Under the pieces are notes generated by a model. The model saw only the letters and a list, made by a program, of their open reading frames with translations. It did no database searches and had not been told where the DNA came from. Below are positions 46,788-57,128 of a stretch of DNA of 64,000 nt, piece after piece. Source of the stretch: an uncultured Candidatus Saccharibacteria bacterium (GTDB lineage: Bacteria > Patescibacteriota > Minisyncoccia > Phycocordibacterales > CSBR16-119); assembly GCA_964531475.1 (NCBI GenBank), contig CAZHCS010000001.1:112739-176738 (forward strand). Reading direction: 5' to 3'. Numbering within the stretch: the first letter of the stretch is position 1; the number at the start of each line of letters is the position of its first letter. A program made the translations under genes and the position numbers.

Positions 46788-48035
46788 TTATCTACCCAAA
46801 ATTGAATCGAGCGTATTTTTCCTGATAATAAGTGATGCTGGGATATAGCCGGCAATGAGCGTGACGATGAGTAGAAGCACGAACTTCATCATTGTCGACT
46901 CGATAGGCGCGACCAAGATGCCGTCCGAGAATGGGAAATCGATCGGGTGTTTGTTAAACCCTGGCACCATGACGCCATAGACGACAAGAAGCCCAAGGAG
47001 CGCACCCGAAACGGCGTAAAAAATAGACTGGAAGATATAAGCAAGCTTGATAGCCCGAGCTTCGATACCAATAGCCTTCAAAATGCCGATATATTTTCGG
47101 CGCGTCACGGCATTGATGAAGATGATGATGAAAATAGTGATCGAGGCGACGATAATACCGACCGACCCGATAATGTTCCCAAGGAGAGCAAAGGCAAGCT
47201 TGATATCGACCAAGAATTGCGGTATGGCTTCTGCGGATGTCTGGACTTTAGCATGAGTACCAAGACCACTCTTTACGATTATGTCTTTGAGTCGCTCTTC
47301 GGAAACACCAGCGCTTGCAACAACCGAAACTTCGTTGATATTAAGACTGTCTCGTCCGAAGAATCGGATAAATTCGCTGTCAGTCATAAAAATACGAAAC
47401 GAGGTCTGGTCAACTTTGCTGTCGATAATTCCTTTGACAGTGTACTCTTTGACCTTGCCGTTGGCGGATAGGCGTACGCGTGTGCCTGGAAAAATATCGT
47501 CGAGAGTATCGAAACCTTCGCCAAATTCAGACGTATAGCGCTGAATCATATTCTTGCCCATCAATATATACTGATCGTCGCCTGGCTCTAGATATTCGCC
47601 TTCTTTTACATACTCGGCAAGATTCACCACGTCATTTTCACGACCGACATCGATTCCCGCGACCTGAGCGCCTACCGAATCGCGAAGAGCTGTCGGGTCG
47701 CGGCGGTCACGGTAGTTGGCTTCGACATTTGCCGAGTCCAAAAAACGTGCCGAAAAATTTTTAACTTCCGAAATAGTTCCGAGCGTCGCCAATATATCTT
47801 GGCTTCCTTCGATATAGTTTTCGCCTTTTGGCGTAGACAATAAAACATTGCCTGTATACTGTTCTCGGTTTGCTTTGACCGAACCTTCGATAAGTCCGAC
47901 CAAAATACCCGAGACGCCGACCAGATTCAAAAAGGTCAGCATCATGATAAAGATGATAAGCGCCGTAGTCCATACATTGGCGCGCTTTATCTGGCGAAGC
48001 CCAAGAAGAAAAGCTACACGCAATACTGATCCCAT
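46788..48035 (-). CDS. ABC transporter permease (FtsX/MacB-type)
   Basis: 415 aa with an N-terminal TM segment, a large periplasmic loop and 3 C-terminal TM segments. Confidence 0.8.
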   Translation of the reverse strand: MGSVLRVAFLLGLRQIKRANVWTTALIIFIMMLTFLNLVGVSGILVGLIEGSVKANREQYTGNVLLSTPKGENYIEGSQDILATLGTISEVKNFSARFLDSANVEANYRDRRDPTALRDSVGAQVAGIDVGRENDVVNLAEYVKEGEYLEPGDDQYILMGKNMIQRYTSEFGEGFDTLDDIFPGTRVRLSANGKVKEYTVKGIIDSKVDQTSFRIFMTDSEFIRFFGRDSLNINEVSVVASAGVSEERLKDIIVKSGLGTHAKVQTSAEAIPQFLVDIKLAFALLGNIIGSVGIIVASITIFIIIFINAVTRRKYIGILKAIGIEARAIKLAYIFQSIFYAVSGALLGLLVVYGVMVPGFNKHPIDFPFSDGILVAPIESTMMKFVLLLIVTLIAGYIPASLIIRKNTLDSILGR

Positions 48036-48037
48036 AA

Positions 48038-49411
48038 TTATTCGACGAAGCGCCCGACGAGCGTGTCACCTTCGGAGACACCCGTTACTACCTCGACCAT
48101 ACCATCCGAACCCTTGAGACCGACAACAACCGGGACATTTGTTTCTTCGTCGTCACGCAAAATAGTAACAGACGAACCAGAGTCATCTGTTGTGATAAAG
48201 CGCTGTGGCACGCGAAGAGTATTAATCACTTTTGATTTTTCTATAGAAACAGCGGCCGTCATGCCAGAACGAATACGTTCGTCTTCTTGCGAGAATAATA
48301 CTTTGGCACGATACATAGATACACCATCGACTTCTGTCTCTCCAGGATCGATAGAAGCAAGAGTGCCCGGGAAAATGGTTTCGCCATATGCGTCTAGAGT
48401 TATTGACGCAGGAAGACCAGGGATCAAGTTCACAATATCAGACTCCGGAACCTCTACAGAAACCTCGTATCCGCCAGAGGCTATGACGCCAGTGACAACT
48501 GTGCCTATTTCTGCCTGTTCACCGATTTTAATGTCGAGCCTAGAAACCGTACCAGCAAAAGGCGCTCTTATCGTGCGTTCGTTGAGTCGCGCCATTATGC
48601 GAGCAACGCCGGCCTCTGCTTGTTTTATTCGAGCCATGGATATTTCACGAGAGATATTGCCCTGGTCCGCGGCATCACGACTAGCAAGAGCCTTTTCGTA
48701 TGCGTTTAAGTTTTCGACGTAGAATTCTGATTCGACATTAGGTATATCTATCAACCAAACATCCGTGAGCGAAGTGTCTTCTTTGGTAAAAGACAGATAG
48801 AGCCCTTTGGTTCCAAGAGCTATCGGCTTATAAAAATTTATCTCGGCGAAACCAGTTTCAAGACCGGTGTATCTTATCTTTAGACGTGAAGCGCCACCGG
48901 AAGACTCTATTTCTATGCGGTATTGACCCTCGTCTGCACCGCGATAACTACCTGAAACAGTAGGAGGCTCATTGTCGTTGTCTGTGTCGCGCGAATAGGC
49001 TTCCAATCCTTCAGAGAGAAGTTTGGCACGGGCACTTGCAACATCTGTATCGGTTTCTGCATCAGAAACTTTCGCCTCGGCGCGAGCAAGGTCAAGTGTC
49101 GCCTGTGCATCCTGTAGCTCGGCATACAATGTTGCATTGTCGAGTTCGACGATTTTTCCCCCAGCAACAACTGTGTCGCCGGCTTTCTTGTAGATGCGAG
49201 CCACAGTGCCAGATTCGGAAAATGCCATATCAGCGCCTTGCACCGGCTGCGCTTCGCCGTTTAGTACCAACATGTCTACGACATCGCCGCGCTCGACAGT
49301 AAACGTCGAAGTCTGGTCGTCTTTCTTGCCACCGGCAATGAGAAGAATAAGAATAAGCGCGACTGCGCCAATGATCAATTTCTTTTTGTGTTTGGTCCAA
49401 AATGCTTTCAT
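48038..49411 (-). CDS. HlyD/MacA-family periplasmic adaptor
   Basis: TM segment, coiled coil, then lipoyl and beta-barrel pattern. The ATG at 49411 is preferred over the track's start, which lies inside the IR element. Confidence 0.8.
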   Translation of the reverse strand: MKAFWTKHKKKLIIGAVALILILLIAGGKKDDQTSTFTVERGDVVDMLVLNGEAQPVQGADMAFSESGTVARIYKKAGDTVVAGGKIVELDNATLYAELQDAQATLDLARAEAKVSDAETDTDVASARAKLLSEGLEAYSRDTDNDNEPPTVSGSYRGADEGQYRIEIESSGGASRLKIRYTGLETGFAEINFYKPIALGTKGLYLSFTKEDTSLTDVWLIDIPNVESEFYVENLNAYEKALASRDAADQGNISREISMARIKQAEAGVARIMARLNERTIRAPFAGTVSRLDIKIGEQAEIGTVVTGVIASGGYEVSVEVPESDIVNLIPGLPASITLDAYGETIFPGTLASIDPGETEVDGVSMYRAKVLFSQEDERIRSGMTAAVSIEKSKVINTLRVPQRFITTDDSGSSVTILRDDEETNVPVVVGLKGSDGMVEVVTGVSEGDTLVGRFVE

Positions 49412-49491
49412 CCCGTTAGTGACAGGTCGCGCTCTCACGTGCCTGATAATTTAGATTTGTAATATCCCGAGCGACCACGGTCACTAACGGG
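49412..49491. repeat. CCCGTTAG-TIR palindromic element, copy 3
   Basis: Arms cccgttagtgacaggtcgcgc / gcgaccacggtcactaacggg. The left end abuts the HlyD-like gene ATG. Confidence 0.65.
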
Positions 49492-49557
49492 ATTCATGGC
49501 AACATAATAACATGAAAACGTCCGATTTAGAAGACTGTTTTTTCAATTAAAACAAGA

Positions 49558-49582
49558 ACGCCGCCCCTCGTGGGACGGCGTT
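49558..49582 (-). terminator. Terminator
   Basis: The hairpin acgccgcccc..gggacggcgt is followed on the minus strand by ttcttgttttaatt. Confidence 0.5.
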
Positions 49583-49600
49583 TCTCCTTGCATCATCTTG

Positions 49601-50008
49601 TTAACGAACACCCATAACTACGGGCATCCATTTCCATCTTTCCAGCACCTTCACTGCCTGGCGCCAGCTCGAAAGCACTTGCCTCATCCCCGGACCGTCA
49701 TGCTCGGTTTCGACATATACGCAGTCCTCTTCCCTTACCTCGAGCGTGACTGTTGCCCAGCGCTCATCATTTCTGTCGGGAAAATGAGCGGTGAGACGAA
49801 ACTTGATCATAGTCATGTTATCCAAGGTGTCCATGGAATTCAGTAGGAACTTGCCACCGACGTCCACACAAGGGTCTGCAAGAGTCTGTATCTTGCCCCT
49901 TAGCTCATGACCAGAACCTTCTACTGCTTGACCGGTAACCTTCGTCAGCAGGCCCGTGAGGAATGACACAGCCTTTTCATATTCGAGATCCTGCTTCATG
50001 CTTTTCAT
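49601..50008 (-). CDS. Hypothetical protein
   Basis: 135 aa, terminator-supported. Confidence 0.5.
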   Translation of the reverse strand: MKSMKQDLEYEKAVSFLTGLLTKVTGQAVEGSGHELRGKIQTLADPCVDVGGKFLLNSMDTLDNMTMIKFRLTAHFPDRNDERWATVTLEVREEDCVYVETEHDGPGMRQVLSSWRQAVKVLERWKWMPVVMGVR

Positions 50009-50060
50009 GTAAGTTGCTTTTTCGGAAAGATAACATATTTATTATTAGTTGTCAATATAC

Positions 50061-50088
50061 AAAACCCCTTTGATTTCAAAGGGGTTTT
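50061..50088. terminator. Bidirectional terminator
   Basis: aaaacccctttga-tttc-aaaggggtttt. Confidence 0.65.
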
Positions 50089-50112
50089 GTGGCTTTTTCT
50101 CCTATTAACTGC

Positions 50113-50658
50113 CTAAATTTTAATCTCCGTAAACGTCACCGCGCTCGGCAACGTAAACTTCGACGCATCGGCAGTCCACGGATCGCAGTCGTACGAAAGC
50201 TTCATGTTCGCATCGAACATCTGCTGGCTCGTAGGGGTCGTACCGTCAGCAGTCGTATTTTGGACCACTGCCATTTTGAATCCTGTCGGCATCATCGATG
50301 ACCATGTGTACATGAATTCCCCGTCAGATACCATGTGACTTTCGACAGACATGTTCGTACCACTAGCAGAAACGTCGGACTTGAAATCGCCACGCATCTT
50401 GCCATTTGAGATATAGACTGTGCCGGTTGAGCGGCTGTTTTCGACCGTTTGATCAAACGTACAAACATGGTCGCCGCCGCGAGCAATAAGTTCGGCCGTC
50501 GAGCCTTCAAATTTTTTATTTTCAGCAGGCGCCGGAGTTTCAGCTTCGGTTGTCTGCGTATCTTCGACAACAACTTCGTCTTTCGGTTCACCTTTGATTA
50601 TGAGCACAGCGCCGGTCACCAAGATAAGTCCGAGAAGTACTTTTCCAAATAATGTCAT
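50113..50658 (-). CDS. Membrane-anchored secreted hypothetical protein
   Basis: N-terminal TM segment with a T/S-rich extracytoplasmic domain. Confidence 0.5.
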   Translation of the reverse strand: MTLFGKVLLGLILVTGAVLIIKGEPKDEVVVEDTQTTEAETPAPAENKKFEGSTAELIARGGDHVCTFDQTVENSRSTGTVYISNGKMRGDFKSDVSASGTNMSVESHMVSDGEFMYTWSSMMPTGFKMAVVQNTTADGTTPTSQQMFDANMKLSYDCDPWTADASKFTLPSAVTFTEIKI

Positions 50659-50705
50659 ACAAAATATGTAACTCTGGTAATACGGGTATTATACGATGAC
50701 CTGCC

Positions 50706-51194
50706 CTATTTGAACATAATAGTCATTTCTGCCGCATCATCGAACTGGGATTCGCCGGATGGATTGTCCTTCTGAAAGATAAGCGTACCGCGTTCGCCAT
50801 AGGCCGGTTTTACAAATGTAAGAGTCCCCGAGAACGGCACGTAATCTGTCGTCATCCATTCGCCCTCTGCCATCACATATCCTTCGGCAATAATGAGACC
50901 GTCCCAGTCGGTCAGCGTAACCGGCGCAGAAGCTTCGAAGAACCAATTACCCGGCGCGCGTCCGCGAATAACGAGCGGATTTTCGATACTGTCGCCATCT
51001 TTCAAGTTTTCGACATATATCTTGATCCCGCGAATACTCGTTAGCTCGGTTTCAACTGGAGCCGCAGGAACGGTTGGCGACGGATCCAAGACGACTGGTG
51101 TTTCGGTAGGATGATTTATCTTATTCAACACAACAACAACCAAGATCGCTCCGACTATTACGATAAGTATATTTTTCATAAGATTCCACTGCAT
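50706..51194 (-). CDS. Secreted hypothetical protein
   Basis: The ATG at 51194 lies directly against IR element copy 4. An alternative start is MKNILIV at 51179. It has a TM segment/signal and a beta-rich domain. Confidence 0.5.
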   Translation of the reverse strand: MQWNLMKNILIVIVGAILVVVVLNKINHPTETPVVLDPSPTVPAAPVETELTSIRGIKIYVENLKDGDSIENPLVIRGRAPGNWFFEASAPVTLTDWDGLIIAEGYVMAEGEWMTTDYVPFSGTLTFVKPAYGERGTLIFQKDNPSGESQFDDAAEMTIMFK

Positions 51195-51308
51195 CCCGTT
51201 AGAGACAGGTCGCGGTGATCCCGCGATATGCCTTGATAATGTTTATAATTTTTATATTATTAATCATTGCAGATTTTCCAGAATTTAGCGACCGCGGTCT
51301 CTAACGGG
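51195..51308. repeat. CCCGTTAG-TIR palindromic element, copy 4
   Basis: Arms cccgttagagacaggtcgcggtg / agcgaccgcggtctctaacggg with an AT-rich core. Flanks are TGCAT on the left and ATGCAT on the right. Confidence 0.65.
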
Positions 51309-51317
51309 ATGCATAGA

Positions 51318-52058
51318 TTAGCGAATAACGAACGTCGCGCGGACAGTGACTGATACTTCTTTGTCGACAGTCGATGTGTCATAGCTGCCGTAATCAGAAA
51401 CATCTATAGAATTCGGAGGCAAAACCTGGACGACACCAGACGTTGCGGTCTTTAGTTTACCGACACGTCCGCCTGATGCATTGGCTATCTCTTTAGCGCG
51501 AGCTTTGGCATCTTTGACTGCATCACCCAAAAGCGCCACGCGCGCTTCGGCAAGTCCCGAATAGAAGTACTGCGCGCCGTAAGTCTGAAAGAGAACACCC
51601 GACGCTGCCAGCCCGTCAATGTCGTTCCCTATCTTTGTCACCTTTGCAACATCTTTAGAGTCGATGCTAACTGTCGCGCGGAGCTCATAACGCTTTGGAG
51701 CCGATTCGTTATTGTTGTAGTTGTATTGCTCGTTAAGAATGACTGGAGAAATGGTTATTTCTTCTTCGGCAACACCTGCTTTTACAAGGAATTCTTTGAC
51801 ACGTGCCGTGTCGCGATCGATCTTCGCGTAGCCGCTCGCCAGATCAAATTCGCTCGCATATGCAAGCACTGAACCGGAGAGTTTGGCCGAGTCCGAGACG
51901 ACGCTCATTTTGGCCGAGCCAGTAGAGGTGAGAGTGTTTCCCGCACCGCGAACACTTCCGACGATAATACCTCCTATTACGGCGACAACAATAAGTGCTG
52001 CACCGAGCACGGCCGCCGCTGTCGCATTTTGCTTTTCGAAAATTTGTTTGATTTGCAT
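51318..52058 (-). CDS. SIMPL-domain (DUF541) periplasmic protein
   Basis: Signal/TM segment followed by the SIMPL-like pattern. Confidence 0.65.
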   Translation of the reverse strand: MQIKQIFEKQNATAAAVLGAALIVVAVIGGIIVGSVRGAGNTLTSTGSAKMSVVSDSAKLSGSVLAYASEFDLASGYAKIDRDTARVKEFLVKAGVAEEEITISPVILNEQYNYNNNESAPKRYELRATVSIDSKDVAKVTKIGNDIDGLAASGVLFQTYGAQYFYSGLAEARVALLGDAVKDAKARAKEIANASGGRVGKLKTATSGVVQVLPPNSIDVSDYGSYDTSTVDKEVSVTVRATFVIR

Positions 52059-52072
52059 ATTTATTTTAATTA

Positions 52073-52564
52073 CTAGTAATTAATCTCTAAATTTCGTGGA
52101 TCAGTCGCGTCTTTGTCGATTTTAAAAACAGCAAACATATCTTCCCCATTCCAACGCACGATCTTGTCCTGCTTTGGATCGAATATCCCGTCACCACTAT
52201 CGTGATAAGGCTCGGCATAATATCTCATACCGTCTAAAAGATTTTCAGTAGTACCGACATCAATTTTCGAATGCGCACCAGCTACAAGAAATTCTGAAAC
52301 TCCGATGATTGCGCCATGTTTTCCAGCATCATCACGCCTAACGATTACAAATCCAGCCCTGGAAAGATTTACAGCACCAAGAACTACGACGTCACCCGGG
52401 AGCTGATCTTGCACTACTAAGGCATCAGGTGCCAATCTGGCAAACTGACCAGAAGCGCCGCCGTCATTGACCGCTGGCCCATTAGCGGTTTTGTCAGTTT
52501 TTACAATCATCCAGACCACAAGAGCGACGAGAATGATGAGAATAGTTGAGATGAATTTTTTCAT
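52073..52564 (-). CDS. Secreted hypothetical protein
   Basis: Start at MKKFISTILIIL, a signal/TM segment. Confidence 0.5.
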   Translation of the reverse strand: MKKFISTILIILVALVVWMIVKTDKTANGPAVNDGGASGQFARLAPDALVVQDQLPGDVVVLGAVNLSRAGFVIVRRDDAGKHGAIIGVSEFLVAGAHSKIDVGTTENLLDGMRYYAEPYHDSGDGIFDPKQDKIVRWNGEDMFAVFKIDKDATDPRNLEINY

Positions 52565-52613
52565 ATTTCGAGACGAGTACATCATGGCACCCGTATATGT
52601 ATTGTAGCACATG

Positions 52614-52641
52614 AAAAAGCCCCGCGTGAGCGGGGCTTTTT
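52614..52641. terminator. Bidirectional terminator
   Basis: aaaaagccccgc-gtga-gcggggcttttt. Confidence 0.7.
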
Positions 52642-52651
52642 CATTTTGTAT

Positions 52652-54430
52652 TTATCGCTTCGCTCGGACGCGGTCGTTTTCGGTAAGATGCTGCTTCCGC
52701 AGGCGTACCGATTTTGGCGTGATTTCCAGATATTCGTCATCACTCATGATCTCGAGTCCGCGTTCGATCGAAAGCTCAAGAGGTGGGATGAGCGTGATCG
52801 CTTCGTCATTGCCTGATGAACGTACGTTCGTAAGGTTCTTGCCCTTCGTTGGATTGACGACCATCTCCTCGCCTTTTGAAGTATTACCAAGCACCATACC
52901 TTCGTAAACTTCCGTCGCGGGGCCAATATAGAGAACACCGCGATCCTGCAAATTCCAGAGCGAATAGCCGAGCGCTTTGCCAGTTGCCATAGAAACCATC
53001 GAACCGACTTGGCGTTTTTCTATTTCGCCGGCATAAGGCTTGAAACCAATAACACGCGAAGCAAAGATACCCTCGCCTTTTGTATCAACAACGAATTGGC
53101 CACGGTACCCGAGAAGTCCGCGCGTCGGACCTTCGAGAAGGAGTCGCACGCGATCGCCTTCAGGTTTGATATTTGTAATATGCACCGCGCGTCGTGAGAG
53201 CTTGTCGATAACAGCGCCTTGTGCATCGGCCGGGATTTCGATTGTGACCTCTTCGTACGGTTCAAACTTTTGACCATTTTCTTCACGAATAATTACTTGA
53301 GGCTGACTCACCTGCATTTCATAGCCTTCACGGCGCATATTCTCAAGAAGGATCGCAATGTGAAGCTCACCACGGCCAAATACTTTCATGGTATCGCCTT
53401 CGAAGTCTACGCGTAGACCGACGTTCACCTCGAGCTCTTTGAGAAGCCGTTCGCGGATCTGACGTGATGTAACAAACTTGCCTTCCCTGCCGCCAAACGG
53501 AGAATTGTTAACGAGAAAATTGAGCGCGATAGTAGGCTCATCGACTTTGATAGTTGGAAGCGCGGGTGTTTCTTTTGAATCGCAAATAGTGTCACCGATA
53601 TAGATATCTGGAAGACCGGCCATCATGAAAATATCTCCGGCTTCTACGGATTCGGTGTCCTTTCTATTTGTTCCTTCGAAAATAAAAAGCTTGGTGATAC
53701 GACCTGACGCATCGGACCCGTCATGCTTTTTAACTATTACTGTCTGGTTGGTACGAATTGTGCCTTCGTAGATACGACCGACTGCCATACGGCCAAAGAA
53801 ATTGTCGTATGCGAGATTAAACGGCTGAGCGACAAGTGGTGCATTTGCGTCTCGGTTTGCTACTGGAACTTTCTCGAGTATGACGTCAAGCAAAGGCGTA
53901 ATGTCTTTCTGTTCATCTGCAAGCTCGCGCATGGCAACCCCCTGCTTGCCGATTGCGTAAACAGTCGTAAAGTTTAACTGCTCTTCTGTTGCGCCTAGCT
54001 CAAAGAAAAGCTCAAACACTTCGTCGTGAGCACGCTTCGGGTCAGCGGCAGGTTTATCTATTTTGTTGATGATCACAATAGGCTTGTGTCCGATCTCGAG
54101 AGATTTTTTGAGAACGAAACGCGTCTGCGGCATCGGACCTTCGTGGGCATCGACAACGAGCAAAACGCAATCGATCGAACGCAAAACACGTTCTACTTCG
54201 GAACCGAAGTCGGCGTGTCCTGGTGTGTCAACGATGTTTATCTTTGTACCCTTGTACTCGACACTAGCATTCTTTGCATAAATAGTAATGCCACGTTCTT
54301 TTTCAAGAGCGTTCGAGTCCATAGACGAGCCCTCGTCTTTGACGGCCCCAGCCTGGCGCATTATAGCGTCAGTCAAGGTAGTTTTACCGTGGTCGACGTG
54401 GGCAATGATGGCGATGTTGCGGATTTGCAT
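52652..54430 (-). CDS. typA: Translational GTPase TypA/BipA
   Basis: Start at [19 protein letters not shown], then [13 protein letters not shown], and EF-G-like domains. Confidence 0.9.
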   Translation of the reverse strand: MQIRNIAIIAHVDHGKTTLTDAIMRQAGAVKDEGSSMDSNALEKERGITIYAKNASVEYKGTKINIVDTPGHADFGSEVERVLRSIDCVLLVVDAHEGPMPQTRFVLKKSLEIGHKPIVIINKIDKPAADPKRAHDEVFELFFELGATEEQLNFTTVYAIGKQGVAMRELADEQKDITPLLDVILEKVPVANRDANAPLVAQPFNLAYDNFFGRMAVGRIYEGTIRTNQTVIVKKHDGSDASGRITKLFIFEGTNRKDTESVEAGDIFMMAGLPDIYIGDTICDSKETPALPTIKVDEPTIALNFLVNNSPFGGREGKFVTSRQIRERLLKELEVNVGLRVDFEGDTMKVFGRGELHIAILLENMRREGYEMQVSQPQVIIREENGQKFEPYEEVTIEIPADAQGAVIDKLSRRAVHITNIKPEGDRVRLLLEGPTRGLLGYRGQFVVDTKGEGIFASRVIGFKPYAGEIEKRQVGSMVSMATGKALGYSLWNLQDRGVLYIGPATEVYEGMVLGNTSKGEEMVVNPTKGKNLTNVRSSGNDEAITLIPPLELSIERGLEIMSDDEYLEITPKSVRLRKQHLTENDRVRAKR

Positions 54431-54544
54431 AAGGCCAACACTATATCCTATTTTCACAGGTTTGTGAAGTCCGGGCTTTGACTCGCAGATTATTCGGGTG
54501 AATAAAAGATGCCTGCACTGTACCTTCACCAAAAACAAAACGTC

Positions 54545-54985
54545 ATGGCATTTGAGATAACCCCGTTCGAGCTAACGCTCAGTGAACCATGGAGGCGCAA
54601 ACACATAAACAGAGGTTGGATAGGAGCCGGGCCTTGGATCGCTGGCTTCTTGGCATTCATAACCGTCTTTCTTGTAGTTGTAAGCCGAGATGGTACCGTC
54701 TTGACGGCCGTCACCCTGGCGCTTCTCTTTGCAACGATTTTCTGGGTACTTCTATCGGCGCTTCGAAGAGAATCTCTGTACCGACGTCGCGGACACTATG
54801 CCTTTATCCATCGCAAGCTCGCATCGATCGTAGACGGTCAAAAGGTATACGACCCAGAGACGATGCCTCCGCTCGAAGAGATCGTTGATCGCCGAAAACG
54901 CTACTATCAGTATCTCAACTGGACCGGGCAGACAACAGGCCCGCTCGAAGAAGCGGATCCTGTCGGGAGTCTGGAGAATGCGTGA
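54545..54985 (+). CDS. Hypothetical 2-TM membrane protein
   Basis: Start taken at MAFEITPFEL. A bidirectional terminator lies downstream. Confidence 0.45.
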   Translation: MAFEITPFELTLSEPWRRKHINRGWIGAGPWIAGFLAFITVFLVVVSRDGTVLTAVTLALLFATIFWVLLSALRRESLYRRRGHYAFIHRKLASIVDGQKVYDPETMPPLEEIVDRRKRYYQYLNWTGQTTGPLEEADPVGSLENA

Positions 54986-55000
54986 ATATGACGAAACGAA

Positions 55001-55027
55001 ATGGGCCGGCGCTGAGCGCCGGCCCAT
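55001..55027. terminator. Bidirectional terminator
   Basis: atgggccggcgc-tgag-gcgccggcccat. Confidence 0.65.
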
Positions 55028-55032
55028 CTTCT

Positions 55033-55506
55033 TTATATATCATCAAACCCTCCGACAACACCGCCGATATCGCGCGAGCGCCGCATGGCGTCACGAATCT
55101 CGTCAGTCGTCGGCGAGCGGTCTTCGCGTTCGCATAAAAGTTCGAGTTCACACATTGGACATCCGCAATCTTCGTCGGGCTTTATCGGTTCGGCCAAGTC
55201 ACGTTCAACTCTAACCGGTAGGTCGTGAATGAAACGAAGAAGCTCTATCGATAATTCGCTTTCGCTCTTGCCTGGACCAAACTTCGGAATCTCGGCATAA
55301 GCAAAAATCTCTCGCTTCATGTTTTCGTACAACTCTTGATCACGCGGCAGACAAATGTCTACAACATCGCCAGAGGCTAAATCGAGAAACCACACGGAAG
55401 CCGCGTCACCATCGGACATGGCTTCATAGATGCCGAATTCGTCTATATCGCGATCATTCGGCAGAAAATATCCGTATTCTTCTTGATGGGCAGACTGTTT
55501 CTTCAT
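55033..55506 (-). CDS. Hypothetical acidic protein with CGCPMC...C motif
   Basis: 157 aa, terminator-supported. It has a small Cys cluster. Confidence 0.5.
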   Translation of the reverse strand: MKKQSAHQEEYGYFLPNDRDIDEFGIYEAMSDGDAASVWFLDLASGDVVDICLPRDQELYENMKREIFAYAEIPKFGPGKSESELSIELLRFIHDLPVRVERDLAEPIKPDEDCGCPMCELELLCEREDRSPTTDEIRDAMRRSRDIGGVVGGFDDI

Positions 55507-55593
55507 GGGGTCATTCTAGCACTTCCAAGAACAAAAAGAACGGGTGCGAATTTCTTGATTTTAAGACGGACTTGAGGCACTATAGATGGACAG

Positions 55594-55664
55594 TGCCGGG
55601 TCGTCTAATGGTAGGACATCAGGTTTTGGTCCTGAGTATCGGGGTTCGAGTCCCTGCCCGGCAA
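55594..55664 (+). tRNA. tRNA-Gln (anticodon TTG), no encoded CCA
   Basis: The manual cloverleaf has a tgccggg/cccggca acceptor stem, a tcagg/cctga anticodon stem with loop ttTTGgt, and a TTCGAGT T-loop. Confidence 0.75.
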
Positions 55665-55737
55665 CAAACAAAATTTCCTACGACGGTAATCGAGAGTCCA
55701 TGCCTAATAAAAGGCAAATTTTTGCTATACTAGGTTT

Positions 55738-56133
55738 ATGTCACTTTTTGAATCAATATTCAACGGCGGACACGACAACAAACGTGAAGAATCCCGTTCT
55801 GAATCTAGCCACGAAATGATGCGGTTGCCTCTTGCTGATTCGATACATGCGGATTTACGCAATATAGAAAAAGGTATTTTATACAACGACACCTACGTGC
55901 GCGAACGCAGAGACGACACGCTTCCCGGACTTTCTGTTTCCTTTAACGCTGACGAGGATACGCTCGTTGCACTCCTCGACAATGACCTGCCCTACCCACT
56001 AGAAGTCCGAACTGAAAAAGACCGCACGTTAACTGGTACTGTCTGGATCGACGAATCTCACATTAGCAACGCAGTTGAATTCCTGCGGCTGCACAACGTT
56101 GATATCACCGAAGATCCTCGCCAAGCAGCTTAG
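55738..56133 (+). CDS. Hypothetical protein
   Basis: 131-aa ORF downstream of tRNA-Gln. No motif recognised. Confidence 0.4.
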   Translation: MSLFESIFNGGHDNKREESRSESSHEMMRLPLADSIHADLRNIEKGILYNDTYVRERRDDTLPGLSVSFNADEDTLVALLDNDLPYPLEVRTEKDRTLTGTVWIDESHISNAVEFLRLHNVDITEDPRQAA

Positions 56134-56202
56134 ATAACTTTTCCACTCATAATATTGACACATGTCTCTACGCATGTTAATGTTGCAAAAAACGACATTG
56201 AC

Positions 56203-57087
56203 ATGACACGACGAATGAGGCAGTTAAAGATTGCGAAGCAGGTCACGAACCGCGACACACCGTCGCTCGACAAGTACCTGACGGAGATAGGCAAGGTGAA
56301 GTTGATCACGGCTGCCGAGGAAGTGGAATTGGCGCAACGCATCAAACGCGGTGATCACACCGCCTTGGAAGCGCTCACGAAAGCCAACCTCCGTTTCGTG
56401 GTATCGGTAGCCAAGCAGTACCAAGGCCATGGCCTTACATTGCCCGACCTCATCAGCGAAGGCAACCTCGGCCTCATCAAAGCAGCCACCCGCTTCGACG
56501 AGACGCGCGGCTTCAAGTTCATCAGCTATGCCGTGTGGTGGATCCGCCAGCAGATCCTGCAGAGCCTGGCCGAACAAGCCCGCTTCGTACGCTTGCCACT
56601 CAATAGAATCGGATCCATTAACCGAATCGGCAAGGCCATCGCTAAGCTCGAGCAGGAGAATGAACGAACACCGAACGAATTAGAGCTGGCCGAGGTACTC
56701 GATATGACTGTCGACGACGTACGACTCCTACTCTTGGATGCCAGACGTCACGTCAGTATGGATGCACCGTTACCGGGTTCATATTCCGAGAGCAGCATGC
56801 ATGAGGTATACAAAGACCCTGCTGCCGTAAGCGCCGAGGAAATTCTCATTGACGAAGACCGAAAGAGTACTATCATAAGCGTTTTGGATACCTTGCCCGA
56901 ACGTGAAGCTGATGTGCTTATTCGCTTTTATGGACTCAAGGGTAAGCATCCAGAAACATATGAAGAGATCGGTCGAAAGCTCGGACTCACCAGGAGACAC
57001 GTAAGCCTGATCAGACAGCGAGCCTGTAGTCGGCTCAGAAAGTCGGGAAAACGCAACAAGGTACTGAGACATACGTCAAGTAACTAG
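56203..57087 (+). CDS. RNA polymerase sigma-70 family factor (RpoD-like, lacks region 1.1)
   Basis: Region 2 (DLISEGNLGLIKAATRFD...YAVWWIRQ), region 3 and region 4 HTH. The first ATG is at 56203. A TTGACA-17-TAATGT promoter lies upstream. Confidence 0.85.
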   Translation: MTRRMRQLKIAKQVTNRDTPSLDKYLTEIGKVKLITAAEEVELAQRIKRGDHTALEALTKANLRFVVSVAKQYQGHGLTLPDLISEGNLGLIKAATRFDETRGFKFISYAVWWIRQQILQSLAEQARFVRLPLNRIGSINRIGKAIAKLEQENERTPNELELAEVLDMTVDDVRLLLLDARRHVSMDAPLPGSYSESSMHEVYKDPAAVSAEEILIDEDRKSTIISVLDTLPEREADVLIRFYGLKGKHPETYEEIGRKLGLTRRHVSLIRQRACSRLRKSGKRNKVLRHTSSN

Positions 57088-57099
57088 CACTTTACGAGG

Positions 57100-57128
57100 A
57101 AGCCCCGCGCTACGGCGCGGGGCTTTTT
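57100..57128. terminator. Bidirectional terminator
   Basis: aagccccgcgc-tac-ggcgcggggcttttt. Confidence 0.7.

Noticed and set aside
48038-49438. ORF-track start of HlyD-like gene (GTG at 49438)
   Set aside because: That start lies inside the inverted-repeat element arm. The ATG at 49411 directly outside the element is preferred.
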